64,000 nt of DNA from the NCBI GenBank assembly GCA_012026655.1, contig JAAILG010000136.1, positions 62,001-126,000 on the forward strand. The letters run 5' to 3'. The notes beneath the pieces were generated by a model. The model was given only the letters and a program-made list of their open reading frames with translations. It did no database searches and was not told the origin of the DNA. The position numbers were made by a program, and so were the translations under genes. Shown here in pieces: positions 1 to 13,293 of the stretch. The first letter of the stretch is position 1. Each line of letters starts with the position of its first letter. The DNA is from Hydrolagus affinis. Its lineage: Eukaryota.

Positions 1-1109
1 CCTCCCCAGCAATTTGACTTGGCCTTGAGAATAAAGGTAGAGAGAAACATAGGACTTGAAATTAAAATGCCTTAAGATGGACTAGAGATCAGAGGATTGC
101 CTTTCTTTCACAGCAGGTGGAAATGTGAAACAAACCGCAAATAAAATAGACGGTACTCCATTGATCAACTTCTTTTTAAGAAAAAATAATATGCTTGTGT
201 ATGGAACCTAGCCAATATAGGAATGGATACAGACTGAAATGAACAAATTACTAGGTGGGCCACAATGTTTCTTGTGCTTTTAGGATCCAGGACAGTGAGG
301 GGGAGAAGGGAAGGAGACTCAATAATGGAGACCTGTGAATGGAAAAATGCAGTGAATTTTTGCTCGATTACCTTTGAGGTTCAGAGAATATCTATAGAGA
401 ACATTAAACCATCCATCCACTAATAGAGGTAGAAGATGAATGGAGTCTATTGATTGGGGAGTTTTGCATGGTCTATGGCAGGAGTGGGTTTTGATCAAAG
501 ATGGTTTCTTATGTTTACATTGGAATTCACTGAGCTTTTATTCACCCAAGACGTCCTTCAGCCTAAGCCTTGTAGTAATGTGGACAAATTATTTTGGGTA
601 AGCAGACACTCTATGGGCAGTTCAAGTAGTTTACATCAAGATTTGACCCCAGTCACTGATGCTGATCAGCATTTTTAAAAACTCATTTTGCTTCATTACC
701 AATTAGAGGATCAAACGGCTGTGAAGCTCACACTGTGTGCATAATGACTGTGAACAATGTAATGTCCAGAATTAACTTGCTAACATAATATTAAATTAAA
801 CTGTGTTATGTAATCAGGATGGGACTCGTGTCACACAGATTCATGTTGTACAAATATCTACTCTTAAAGTGAAATGGGATCTCATTTCCTAGTCAGAGCG
901 CTTCCTTTAATTCAGGACTTTCCTCTTCTATATACGGCTTAAGCTAAATCAATATCAATACATCTTCCAAGTCATAACCAATGCCAAAACAGTAGACTTT
1001 CTTTTTTTTAAAAAAAAGTAATGTTTGGGAGAAACGTCTAGTAAAACTTTTTTTAGTTTAGGTACTTACTATTTTTCACTCATCACTGCTTTCTTTAATC
1101 TAATTTCAG

Positions 1110-1166
1110 GGAGCCCAGATGATCTTCAGTGCTGCTAAAGACTTGGGACAACTATCAAAGCTAAAG
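1110..1166 (+). CDS. unc13c: unc-13 homolog C (Munc13-3), internal coding exon (57 nt, phase 0-0), MUN domain
   Basis: tttcag|GGAGCC...CTAAAG|gtgctg; translates GAQMIFSAAKDLGQLSKLK, matching the UNC13 family segment (UNC13C-type AAKDLGQLSKLK). Confidence 0.93.
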
Positions 1167-2069
1167 GTGCTGGATATTAATTTGCTTCACATTTTTTTTC
1201 TTCACTAATACTCAGAGTTTAACACTCGAGCGCACCGCTTTGCCATTGAATATTCATTGTGCAATACCTCCTCATATTGACACACTTTCAAGGGATTCCC
1301 ACCTGTGAGTTCAGCAGATATGCATACCCCATTTTAAAAAGATGCTTGTGGAGTTCTCAAGTTACCCGTTTCAGTGATTTGTTGGAGAATGATTCACAAC
1401 GCACCACGAGAGGTAAACAGTTCATAGGAAAAATAGAAAGTGCTGCATATTTTTTAAAAAGGAAGTCAAAGATGTGATCTCTGGAGGACCAATTAGAGCT
1501 AAGTTAATCACAAACGCGTAGCCCGATGTTTGCATTCCTAATTTCGAAAGGAGCAGCCCCTCTTCACCGGGCTTGCCTATCACAGATTTAAATTGCATGT
1601 TTGGCATCCTTAATCTTTAGTTGAGTTGCTGCTGTTCTGATGGAAAATGAGAAATATACATCTTGAGTTTATGCTGGTTCACCAATCGTAAGATTTTTTG
1701 CTGTTGTCCCCATCATGTAACTAATCAGTTGTTTAAAAATAAATGCGCACCTCATATCTTAATTCTCTTCCTCTTTTGTTTAGCCAGACATTTCTTATTC
1801 TCGTGGGTGTTAATCAGATCAGTATGCATCCCCCTCGAAACAGTTTTAAAAACACAGGCATTGATGCAGGTCTGATTAACGCTGAAGCTTCCACCATAAA
1901 TATTCCTTCCCTGTTCCTTAATTTTGTGGGGTGAACTTCAGTTCCTTTTGCTCTTGGGAAAGAAACGCGTGCGATTCAACTTTTGTTTTGCTGCCACTTT
2001 TATTTTGCAGTCATCATTGGTTTAAATAAACTGCAAGCCCCAACTGACTGTAATATCTTTTCGGAATAG

Positions 2070-2150
2070 GATCATGTGATTCGAGAAGAGGGGAAAAGTC
2101 TCACTCCGCGTCAATGTGCGATAATGGAAGTGGTGTTGGCTACGATAAAG
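2070..2150 (+). CDS. unc13c: unc13c internal coding exon (81 nt, phase 0-0)
   Basis: aatag|GATCAT...ATAAAG|gtacat; [27 protein letters not shown]; [16 protein letters not shown] is the UNC13C-type version of this segment. Confidence 0.95.
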
Positions 2151-4307
2151 GTACATTTATTAGCATTGGGATCCTGAGAAATCTTGCCCTGTGGTGACAT
2201 TTTTTTATTTGGTTTTAATAATTGAAGAAAAAAATACTTCTCACCCTGCAAAGGATTCATCTGAATTTTTTATGCTCAGGAACCCTGTTTTTTTTCTCGT
2301 TTGGTTACATATATAAGTGCAAGTTTTTGTTGTTCTTTCTCCGACTTGGTGATGGGTTGAGTAATTGCTTGAGGTTTAGTTGATAATTAAGCAATACCTA
2401 GGGCAGGTTGTGAATGATTTAACCTATTCCTTGCCCCTCTTGTGTGATGCTGTTATTTTCGGTTTTTCCAAATCAGTAGTGCAAATAAGATTCATCACAC
2501 AATTCATGCAAATATCACCATTTTCATTATTTAAAAAAAGATGTGTGGAATTTTATGGTATTCTGATTTTCATTTTGAGACGTCTCGGAGGCATGATAAG
2601 GCGCTATATCAAATGCAAGGCTTATTATTATTTTATTATTATTATCTATTTCTAAAGTATTAATATCCTACTGCTGGAGGAAAGTTAATCATATCTTGAA
2701 ATAATGTAAGTACACTGTGTGTTTCTATATCACAGAAACTTTCTTCACAAAATAAAATATATATTTTTTAAAAATAAGATTTTCCAAACATTGTTGAGCC
2801 ATTACTGAAAATTTAATTGGAATACATCTGGAAGGCAAACCAGATAATGGTTGCTTCTGTTGATTGGAAATGAAAACTTTTAAGTGAAAGAAACGTATTT
2901 CCCATTCACAATGGCCATTTTGCAAAGATTTATGTGTTTTGAAAATGAAAATTGACGACGAAAGCAGTTTAATTCCTAATATTTGCTACCGAATGACGAA
3001 AGCAGTTTATTGATCAGTCTTGCTGAGGAAAGTAATCTGGAGCTTTAAATAATAAATGAGAAAGCCTCACTCTGATAGTGATAAATGAGTATATTTTATT
3101 TAAAATCATTAAAAACATCAAGGTTCTCCTTCTATGTGTTTAATTATTATTTACTCTGCTGCCGCTGTTACATTTTGGCTCCTGTGACGTGAAAGTAATT
3201 CAAATTTATAGAGCCATTCATTGTGCTCATCTTATTGTGTCTAACTAAACAGAACGTCTCAGGGAGTTCTTGTGTTGCCAGCTTTAAAGCTGGAGTTCAT
3301 CACATGATATATCAGTGATGCAATATCATGACAGTTTCAGCAATATGTTACTGCTCAAAGCACACAATTAATAATTTATTGTGACAAGCCAACGTGGCCT
3401 CAAAGACATTAAATACATTGCCTCACCCATCCCACATGTCCAGTATTAAAGTTAAACAAAGCAAGCATGTGGACAGAATGACAAATAGGCAGTTGCACTA
3501 AATTATCTGATATGCAAAGAAAAGGCCAGGCTTTTTGTTTTGGTTCTACCGCGACATGAGAAGTTTACAAAGTACGCGGTTGTGATTGTCTGACGCTTTC
3601 AACAGTCAAGTTTGCGTTTTTCTTTTCGGCAATTTGCTGAGGTTTGATTTTCACGGATCCCAGCAACCTCAGCATCCCTGATCCTTTTCTCACCAAAGCA
3701 CACACAAGATGCTTTCCAGAAGGGGTTGCTGGATAGATTCCTTGTGGGTGTTTGATCACAGAACAAATCTGCGTCAATTTTGGAGGACCCAGCAGTTTGA
3801 TCGATGCGAGAAATGGAACGATTTGGTGTGAATTTAATTACACCGCAGGCTTAATTTGTTGGAGGGGGTGGGGGGGGGGGGGTGCGTGTGGGGGGTGGGA
3901 GGCTATATTTACAGCTAGAACCATAAATAATTCCCCAAAATGTATAATTTGTGTTTAATGTTAGAACTGCACATTACTACTGATTACGTTTTGATTAATC
4001 CGTCGCAGTGGCCATGCGAGAAGTGTTTAATGGTTATGAATGAGCGTGCGTGATTTCAGCTTTCCCTCTCAAGTGTTTTAACCGATTAATTTTTGCGCCA
4101 TTTATTTGGGTCCGAGAAACAAACGGAGGGTGTGGAGTTTCAGAACCTGAGCTGTTATGCAATTGAAGTCAGAAGCTTCAGAAATGACAAAGCATCACAA
4201 GGAATATTTAGTGCCTGGGCCATTGCAGTTTTGGTTATGAACATCATATTTTCTGCCGTGTTGTCATGGTTTAATGGTCTTGCTTGATTCATTTGCCCAT
4301 TCTTTAG

Positions 4308-4455
4308 CAATATTTCCATGCTGGAGGAAATGGCCTGAAGAAGACATTCTTAGAAAAGAGTCCAGATTTGCAGTCTTTGAAATATGCGCTTAGCCTCTAC
4401 ACTCAAACCACAGATGCCTTGGTTAAGAAATTTATCGGTACACAATCTTCACAAG
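4308..4455 (+). CDS. unc13c: unc13c internal coding exon (148 nt, phase 0-1), end of MUN/MHD2
   Basis: ctttag|CAATAT...CACAAG|gtaagg; [49 protein letters not shown]. Confidence 0.96.
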
Positions 4456-5721
4456 GTAAGGAATTGCCAACTGAGTTACTTCGGTTGCAGTCATGGCAAA
4501 GTTGATGTGGTTTTGCTACCTTCTATTCAGTGTGACTGATCGGAAAATGAAGAAACTGCTTCACACAGGAGGTAATGTTGTGTTAATTTATTTACCAACT
4601 GAGGGGAGAATAATAAAATCAGATGGCTTTTCTCTGTCTCTCAGACTTATTTCTCAATGCCTGCAATTCTGCTGAGTGTGTTCATTGTACTGCAGTGTTT
4701 AGAGTAGTACCATTCAGTTGTGTTGCATAAACAAATGCCTGGAACCCCCAAACACTGAATGGTTCCCCAGTACATCATTTTGGGGAAGGATTTTTAGTTC
4801 AATTCTAAGTGAATCCATGGGAATAAATATCCAACCTACTCTCTACAATATGGATTCTGCCTACTGCAGGATAACCCGCTGAATGAGAAAGTAACTATAT
4901 AAAGAGAGGGTACATTTACTTCCCATAAAATATTATGTGTAACATTATAAGATTTTACGTACACCCTTTTTATAGTGATATATTTTTTATAGATGCCCTA
5001 CAATATTTTTATAGGCATCCTGATGACAACTGTTACTGTTGCAATAAGAAAAAAAGGTACAGTCAGTTAACTCTCTTTAATTGCCTTAATGAATTCACCT
5101 TTTAATTCTTCCCCTTTATTCCATTATAAAGATTTCCTGCTTGAGTATTGTAAACAAACACATGTAACGGAAGTGTGTTTGTAACATAGCAATTTGCTGG
5201 ATGATAAAACACGCCTATTTACAAAGGACCCCAAAATTATACAGCAAATTCATGTCATTAATCTCTCTGTCTTTTGACTCTTTACAGCTTAGCCCGACAC
5301 AATGATATCAAAGCTTGTCTTGTATAGTGCCAGGTTTACAATTGACCCAGGTTCTAATTGCATGTATTTTGTGACCCTGTGCATTCTTTGTGACGGTGGC
5401 AGCTAAAACTAGTACATAAATCATTTTCATAGTTTTGAGCATTCTATGCTTTCTTTCCCTGCTCTTTACTTGTAGGAATTTACACAACGTTATGCCCGGC
5501 GGTGGAAGGGAGAGGAAGTTTTGAAACTTTGTTTATTAGACGTGAAAGGCGAATATACACATGTAATTTTGGAGCATTCCATCAGGAATTGAGGGGAGAG
5601 GGAGAAGGAAACTCTTAGAATTCAGGTTACTCAATCCAGTCGTTAGACACCATTTTCATAAACGGTTTATAACATTGAAACATATTTAGCTATGATCATG
5701 GCTTGTGACGTAGAGCCATGG

Positions 5722-6190
5722 GAATTTAGATCGCAGAAGAAGTCCATTCAGCCCATCTGATCCGTGCGGATTCCTTAGGAGAGAAAATTAATTCATTCTA
5801 AAGAAGCTTCCTTTGCCGCATAACCCTGCAAATTGCATCTCCTTAAATGTCTATCCATTTCCCTCTTGAAACCTAATCCGAATGCTGCCTCGATTACCGC
5901 ACTTGGCAGGGCATTCCACATTCTAACAATTCAAAAAAAATGATTCTTCCTAATTGCCCCCCTTTTTGCTTCCTTGTTAATCATCTTCAATTGATGTCCT
6001 CTCCTCACTGACTCTCTGACCAGTGGAAATAATTTCTCCTTCTCCAGATTAACCAAGCCAATCATAATCAATCAGATCTTCCCTTGGCCTTCTTTGTTCC
6101 AATAGCAATAAGCCCCTGAGTCGGCCCATAGCTCAAACCGCTCATTCTTTCTTACGCCCCCATAAATCTCCCACTGCACTCTCTTCAGCC
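5722..6190 (-). mobile_element. CR1-like LINE 3' fragment (decayed)
   Basis: Reverse-oriented CR1-type 3' UTR and ORF2 end (gtccattcagccc..., ggcagggcattccaca, aaatctcccactgcactctcttcag). Confidence 0.6.
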
Positions 6191-6707
6191 TATACATAAA
6201 AATGCATACATTGTAATGCTGAGAAATTATTTACTCATTCACATCTAAAGCAAAAAGTCACTCACTCAAATTCCGTACTGGTGCCTGAAGTCAAAATTGG
6301 AGCTTGTTATGTGCAGTGGTGTTGCTCTTTCATGCACCTTGGCTGCCACATCTCACCAACAGAACACTCTGTCACAACACTCTACAGTGTTTAATTCTGT
6401 AAAGCGCTTGGAGGTATCTCGACGACATGATAAAATGCTGTATCAAATGCGAGGATTATATTATGACAGTATTATGATTATGGTTGCGCCATTGTGACAG
6501 ACAGATAATGAAAGAGAATTCAGCATTGAAGTGAGCAATGAAATCTGACTATTCACTGTACGATTCAGAGTTACTGAATTGGAACACCCTACAGAAAGAT
6601 ATTGTTACGGTATTGATTCTGTCATTGTAAATAGAAGAGATTTATTGGAAATTCATCTGTGCCAAATAATCTCAAAACCACTGCAATCTTATAAAATTTA
6701 AAACGCT

Positions 6708-6922
6708 CTCTATAGAACCTTCTAAAACACTGGTTAGGCCTCAGCTGGAGTACTGTGTTCAGTGCTGGGCATCACACTTTAGGAAGGATGTCAAGATATT
6801 GGATAGGGCGCAAGGAAGATTTATCAGGATGGCACCAGGAATGAGGGACTTCAGTTGTCGGGAGAGGCTAGAGAAGCTAGGATTATTCTCTTTGGAGCAG
6901 AGAAGGTTAGGAGGAGACATAA
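6708..6922 (+). mobile_element. CR1 LINE ORF2 fragment
   Basis: Reads TLVRPQLEYCVQCWASHFRKDVKILDRAQGRFIRMAPGMRDFSCRERLEKLGLFSLEQRRLGGDII, the classic CR1 post-RT motif. Confidence 0.9.
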
Positions 6923-9900
6923 TAGAACACCAGAACCAGAGCCAACTGGTACAGGATGCGTATTTTACATTTTATATATATTTTAACGTGGCTCCGCTAC
7001 ATAATGATTCATATCATTTTTGGCGTCTGTGTATCGTTTTGCTTTGCATCAATCAATGAGACATGCATGTGTAATGGGGGTGAAAATCCAGTTAAATAGA
7101 ACCAGGACAATGCTGTATGTTACTGTTCAACCCCTTGTCTTCCTCATAAACTTGTCTATTATCAAGTAATCCAAAAATTGTCCCTTAGGTCTACATTTCA
7201 TGACGTGTCTCGAGATTGCTGAATGCTCTCATACCTTCCATAGGAATTACCTTCAGAGCATCATAAAATTCTCTACATTTAACACAAAATAAAATACAGT
7301 GCCTCTATTGACCAAGTTTGACACGCCTACTGTCTTATAGTAGACAATCCTTCAATCCTTTCTGCAGCAAGAGTCTGCAACTTGGCTTTATTAGAGACTA
7401 TAAGGTATCAATTTCTGCCAATCACCCTTAGCCATTGAAGTTACTGTAATGCGACAAATTATTCTGCTCGAAAAAAAAGTTTGTAAAGAGAAGACAGGAA
7501 CATGACAATCTTCAAAGAAAGCTTTGATCCCACTGGGAATTTTTCTTTTATCTTGTAATACATATAATTTCATGTTCCCCATTTTGAGCAAATTGCTTCA
7601 CCTTTAATTTTATTTAATGTTACAAAATAGTCTCACTAGTACCTCATCCCATCAATGAGCTCCAATGGGCAATGCTACTGGGTTAAAACCTGTCACTGGC
7701 CTTAAGAATCAGGTTGTATCAAAATTTTTCCCCATAATTTTACATGCCCGTTGTCTCTCTCTGTAGATGAGTGCACATTTCTTTTCTCCTTATTATTTGT
7801 TTCCCTTCAAAGTGGAACCTTGTTATCAAAAAAAACTCTTTATACTCAAAGGATCAACAAAGACAGCGAGGCAAACCTTACTTGTTGAAGCAACTAGAAC
7901 TTTAGGTAATCCCATTATTAAACAATATTGTGTTAAATGAGTCCTAGGGCTCAATTCACTTTAATCACAGTCGCTAGGAAGAGAACTGGAGGGTAATGTC
8001 ACATCACATCACAAAAGAGATTCAGATGAAGAAGTCCGTTCGACCCATTTGATCTCATTCCCTCCAGAATGCCCACTCCATCAGTATTGAGCTGTTTTTG
8101 AATGAGAGCCAGCATTTTGGCCTCAAATGTCAAAGCCCATTCTGCAAAGGCTATGGTGTTCTGCATTGACAAAAATTATCCTGTATTTATAAGCTTGGCA
8201 ATGGAGCAGTCATCATTCCTCTACTAAAGACTATTATTTGACTTCACTGGACAAATCTATGTGAATCAGTAGAAACATTGTGAATCAGTAGAAACATAAG
8301 CAGTGTGAACATAGGCAATTTTACGACTGCAGTGGGTTCTGTGTCTGTCTGTGTGTGTCATTCCTCTTACTTTGAACTTGGAATGGGCCTATGAACCTAT
8401 GGAGTAATTGCCAAGGAGACATCGTTTCTTTTTTCATTTAATCCATCGCTTTCAGGCATTAGTTTTATGGGAAATTCAATAGTATTTTCCAAGCTACTTA
8501 CCTAAGCTCATTCCCGTGTACTAGTCGTTTCATGATTGCACTTTTAAAATTGTGCGGAGTGCAATCCAGTTATTTCACAGAGGGGCTGATTGAATTAAAT
8601 AGGTTTTAAGGGTAATGCTTTTAAGTGTTTATAGTCGATTGCACAACACACCCGCATATGAATAGCATCCTTTTTAAAATGGCAGAAAAATGCAAAATTC
8701 AATGTCATTTTTAAACTCAATTTGGTTAATGGCACACAGTTTAGTGCAATCAGAGGCATTGGTGAACTTCAGTCATAATTTAAGGTAATTCACGCAATAG
8801 TTCAGAGAGTTGGTGTTTAATTAGCGCTGGGAAAATGTATTGGAATGCAGCTTTGAACTAGCCATCTGCCCTTGTCAGACCACAAGGGTTCTTAAATATT
8901 CCACAAGCTATTTCCAGCTTCCATTGAATTCTACAGAGGTTAAGCGAGCCTGGAAGGTTGCAAGTTGACTTTTTAAGATCCAATTATCAGTATTAGATCC
9001 CTGGGTTAGACTGGGGGTGGGAAACCAATGATTTTTTTGGTGAGTCATTACTATTTGTTGACTCTGTGAGCAGATTATAACAGAGATTGACATGAGTAAG
9101 ATTCAGGATAACAAAACTTTCATCACCCCGTTCACAAGAGTATCTGCAGATATTTCCTCCTCATATCACAGTCGCCTTAGAACCAACAAATGTTGCCTCA
9201 CTTTACTGTTCAAATGTGGAAACTTGTTTTGACAATAATGCACAAAAAAGACTTTCAGAACAGAATCACATTGTCTCAGCTTCCGTCACTTTCTTACAGT
9301 TGAAGTACTTATTTCACCATGCCCCAAACATTTGAGCACACCAAACCAATAGTATGATAATACTGATGAATCATAATAATATTAATCCTTACATTTGGTA
9401 CCACGCCTTTCAAGTCAGGGGGAAACGTCTCAGAATTATGGAATTATCCAACAACAACAGCAGCAACTTGCACTTATATAGCACCCTCCACGCGTATCAG
9501 AGCTCTGAGCAGTGGCAGAGCTAACCAACGATTTTTCCACAAATCTTTTCAGTTGCCTTGGGGATGCAAAAATTGGGACTAAAGAACAACATCTTGTCAA
9601 AATGTGAAGGGAAACGTTAGGAAGTTCTTAAGAGCGAGAGAGGGAGAGAGAGAGAGAGAGAATTGAAACAGTGAGACAAAAAAAGAACAATTGGAAATAA
9701 TTTAACAATTTTAACCGGTACTGCAAGGGGCAGATTATGTAAGGCTGACTCAGTGTTCGGGGTTTAAGTCATTGGTCTATAATTTGAAAGCCGATGTCTG
9801 ATTTGATGTCCTCGTGATTCCACATTGCTGCAAGCGTTAGTCATATGCTCCTCCGAGCACCCACTTCTGAAAGAAATAGCCAGCAAAGCCCAGCAGTACA

Positions 9901-10089
9901 ATGTGAAGAAACAATGCATCAGAGCCTTTTGAACCTGAACAAAAAACATTGGCCGCCAAAGCCTCTCAATTCTGGTTAGCTGAGAGAATTGTTGAGATTT
10001 AAATGATGCATGAGAGAGGAGGATGTGGCCTGCAGAAAAGAAAACTTTTTCAGAATGCACTTTTTATGATGACATACAAAGGGAACAGG

Positions 10090-10385
10090 CAAGGCAAAAC
10101 CTTGGAGTAAGTTTCCTTACTCTACAACTAATAATATTCCCCCCCAAAAAAAAATTTAATTAGTTATTTCAATCCATATTTTGTGGGCAAAATGCAGCTG
10201 CCAATTGCGCATAGCAGTATCCCACAAACAGTTCCAATTGTTTGTGGGACACTGCTGTGCGCAATTCACAGCTGTGTTTTGCCCACAAAATACAGTCAGT
10301 TCGTTTTACAGTGTATTCTGTGAAGCGCTTTTGAAACATCTAGAAGATGTGATAAGTGCTATATCAAATGCAAGGATTATTATTA
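10090..10385 (+). mobile_element. tRNA-derived SINE, 5' truncated, with internal inverted duplication
   Basis: Same body and ATT tail as the 14153 copy; 57-bp inverted copy of its central domain inserted at 10177. Confidence 0.85.
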
Positions 10386-10469
10386 ACAAGAATCCAGTGT
10401 TCTCCTGTGACATATATACCTTTTCTGGATGGCCCCCTAAAAATATGTAATTATTTATATTTATAACAG

Positions 10470-10578
10470 AATAATAATAATCCTTGCATTTCATATAGTG
10501 CTTTTCATACCTTCTAGACGTCTCAAAGTTCTTCACAGAATAAACTGTAAAGTGAATTGACTGTATATTTGTGGGCAA
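10470..10578 (-). mobile_element. SINE 3' tail fragment
   Basis: aataataataatccttgcatttcatatagtgcttttcat...gtgggcaa is the reverse complement of the family tail. Confidence 0.85.
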
Positions 10579-12494
10579 TATATATATATAAATATATATA
10601 TATAAGCAGCATTTCCTATGTTGACATTGCTAAATTATCCTTGTTTCTGCCTTATTATTGGGTAATATACTGGGAGCTTCTAGCATCAGTTATATGCCTT
10701 CCAACAATGCAGTTTTTTCAGTCAGTCGCGTTGAAGGCAATCAACCACAACATAACACAATAAAGGTTCCCAGCTTTATTATCGATTGCCAACTCAGTTC
10801 TATAACATCATATAAACTGGCGCATATTTGCCACTGCCATTTCCAGCCCATTCTTTCCACGTTGGAAATTGTAATATCAAAGGACAAATGCATTATAATC
10901 TCGAACATTTGAGGGCTGTGGGAATCCATTCAGCTCACATCCAAAAGCTTTTTTCTTCAGAATCCTGCTAGATCGCTTTTTAAAACAAAGTGGTGCGATT
11001 ACTTACTTTGAGGACTAACAGGAACAAGGACTTTTTAAAAATTCCCAACTGATCAACGTTTTTTTTTTAATGCATGCGTTGCAAAGGGCGAACGCAGTCA
11101 TATTTTGCCAAAGCTGAACTGATTAATTAACAAGCATTAGGTTATGAAATGAAATCTCAAGCTGGGATTTATGGTGCATCAGGCTTCAGCGGTATCTCTG
11201 AGGTGAACTGTGAAATGTGGGTCAGATCAATGGAGTGAAAGTAATGTCGTTTGCACGAGCTGCCGTTTGAAACAGTCTGCATAATTTTCATCTATTCCTA
11301 AGTGGAGATGAGCAGTGACCTAAAATAAGACCGATTTGTGCAGACCGTATATAGAATCGTTGAATTAGACACAGAGGGAGGCCATTTAGCCCACTGTGCC
11401 CCGTGCTGGCTGTTTTAAACTGATTCAAAAGTTTATACTTTTCGAATGAGTATAAAAGCGTGAGCAATATGAACGCTGAAAAAAATGCTAAACATGGAGA
11501 GGCAGATGCTCTACACAGTCTGGCAGTTGAACACATTTTCAGGGTAGCTTAGTGGGAAGGCAATAGCAAGGGAGGGGGAAGGTTACAGAAAGCTCGGTCA
11601 AAGAGCAAATGTCTTGAGACATAAAGCTAAAAACTGTTAGATTTTCCAGTTCATATCAACTCGATTCGCACATCGACACATGAAAAAAAAAGTCAACAAA
11701 AGAATCCATGCGGATACAAACGACAATATTCAGATTTAATGATCGGTTTTGTTAATTTCCTTTTCAACAGATGCATTTTTGCAAGGATGCTCTTAGAAAA
11801 CAGAATTATTTTGATCAAAAGCTTAGTTTGCTCTATGAGCTATTTTGCAGGACCTTAATATCCTTTCCAACTTTCATTACAGAGAAAAACATATTTATCA
11901 CTCCATTTAATTGAAACACACCCGACTACAGTGAATTATCATAGGCCTTGGGTTATACAGTAATTGGTGTCCATGTTTGCCAACATTTTTTACACAAATT
12001 TAATAGGTATTTGAATCCTTGCTGTTAATTTCTGCCCATATTTTCAGCTACGAAGGCTTTCTTGCTGCCAAAACCAACACCATTCAGTAGAAAAAACAAG
12101 AAAGAATAATATGTTGGCCTCCTCATTAAAACAAGTCTGACGTGAAAATAGCATAAGGTGAAGGGATATTGAACTCGGAACAGGGCATGTGCTTGACACA
12201 CACACACACACCAACTATATTGATAGCTCATATTTTTAAAATCGAGACAGTCTAATGTTAATGGTGTCAAATTAATATCCAGGGAAGTAATACTAGACAG
12301 AACAAGTAAGGTAGTGGTGAAGTGCACACAATAAACCCAGTGTAATGCGTTTCAACTCACAGCTTCAGTGGATCATTTCTCCTAATACGGTACCATACTG
12401 TGCTTCCTCTTCATAACTGCCTTCCCTTATCGTTAACCTCCTTTTATTCAAAGAGTACAGTACGATTTCTGTGGTCCTAGTTTTAGTCAAGCAA

Positions 12495-13130
12495 TTTGGT
12501 CAAGGAAGTCTAGCAAAAGCTTGTCAGATAGTTCTTTGGATGGCATAATATTACCCCAAAGGTAGCCTGAAGCTTTTGATTCTTCGCAAAGAACTTGTTC
12601 CACAGTGTACAATCCATAAAGAAATGGCCCAGCTGTAATGCTACCAATGTGCACATAATACTTAACCAAAATGTGCAGCATTCCGTGCCCACTAAGGGCA
12701 CATTAGTTTTCTACAACTTCAATCCACTCACTGAAGTGTTTGGAGCTCAATTCTGTCACAGAGTCGAAGAAGAAAAAAGTGCAAGTATAGTACAAGGCAA
12801 AGGGCATCCACAGGTGACTGTTGTCAGGATGGTCTATTCTAGTGAATGTCAGGATCCCCGCTTTACAACACTGGAGAGTTGCACCATGATTGGCAGCCCT
12901 TTAAAGAATTAGAAATGGAGCTGTATGAAACAAGCTACAAGTGCCGTCTCAAGCTAGTGGCGAGAGTGCGGAAGCTGAGCAGTCTGCAGTGGTCTAAATT
13001 GTTTTCAGAGAACACGAGCGCTGAAGCTGGACATGCTAACTCTTGCCTGTGAAACCAGGTGAAAATCTTTTCCCAGACAAGGAGTTGCCTGTGACTGGCG
13101 TTGTTCCTGGTGCTAACATTGCACTTAGGG
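12495..13130 (+). mobile_element. Decayed Gypsy-like LTR retrotransposon integrase relic (intronic)
   Basis: Across frameshifts: AKACQIVLW (RARxxVxWPG), GHPQ...SECQDPRFTT (GxPxxIxSDRDPRFTS), WQPFKELEMELYETSY, PSQASGESAEAEQS (HPQSNGQAERAVQT). Confidence 0.5.
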
Positions 13131-13293
13131 AAATGTGGAATGTATTTTTCTGTAGAACCCAAGGGCATTTGTCCATTAGTCTACTTGGGCATGGGAATAA
13201 GCTGCCAGTTCATACGCCTCAAAGTAACAAGTACAAAAGCCTTTAAGTTTATGACTAATTTTCCTTTTTCTCGTTTACTTTGATACCTCACAG

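Noticed and set aside
2957-3009. 15-bp direct repeat gacgaaagcagttta with a 23-bp spacer
   Set aside because: Only two units in a eukaryotic intron; a small duplication, not a CRISPR-like array
3863-3902. Intronic G-run tract (G-quadruplex-capable)
   Set aside because: Low-complexity G runs recur in the window with no additional evidence of function
5288-5333. Possible poison cassette exon (strong acceptor ctctttacag, in-frame TAG, donor CAG|gtttac)
   Set aside because: Weak donor and no homology; such pseudo-exons are common in long introns and need RNA-seq junction support
8260-8297. Perfect 19-bp tandem duplication tgtgaatcagtagaaacat
   Set aside because: Ordinary slippage or repair duplication with no further structure
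12846-12872. DPRF motif read as hAT transposase LDPRFK
   Set aside because: Flanking motifs fit Gypsy integrase SDRDPRFTS better
4456-13293. Search for a homologue of the short alternative exon that UNC13A/B have in this intron
   Set aside because: Candidate acceptors at about 5476, 7189, 7767 and 12048 gave no similar peptide, no usable donor, or hit stops
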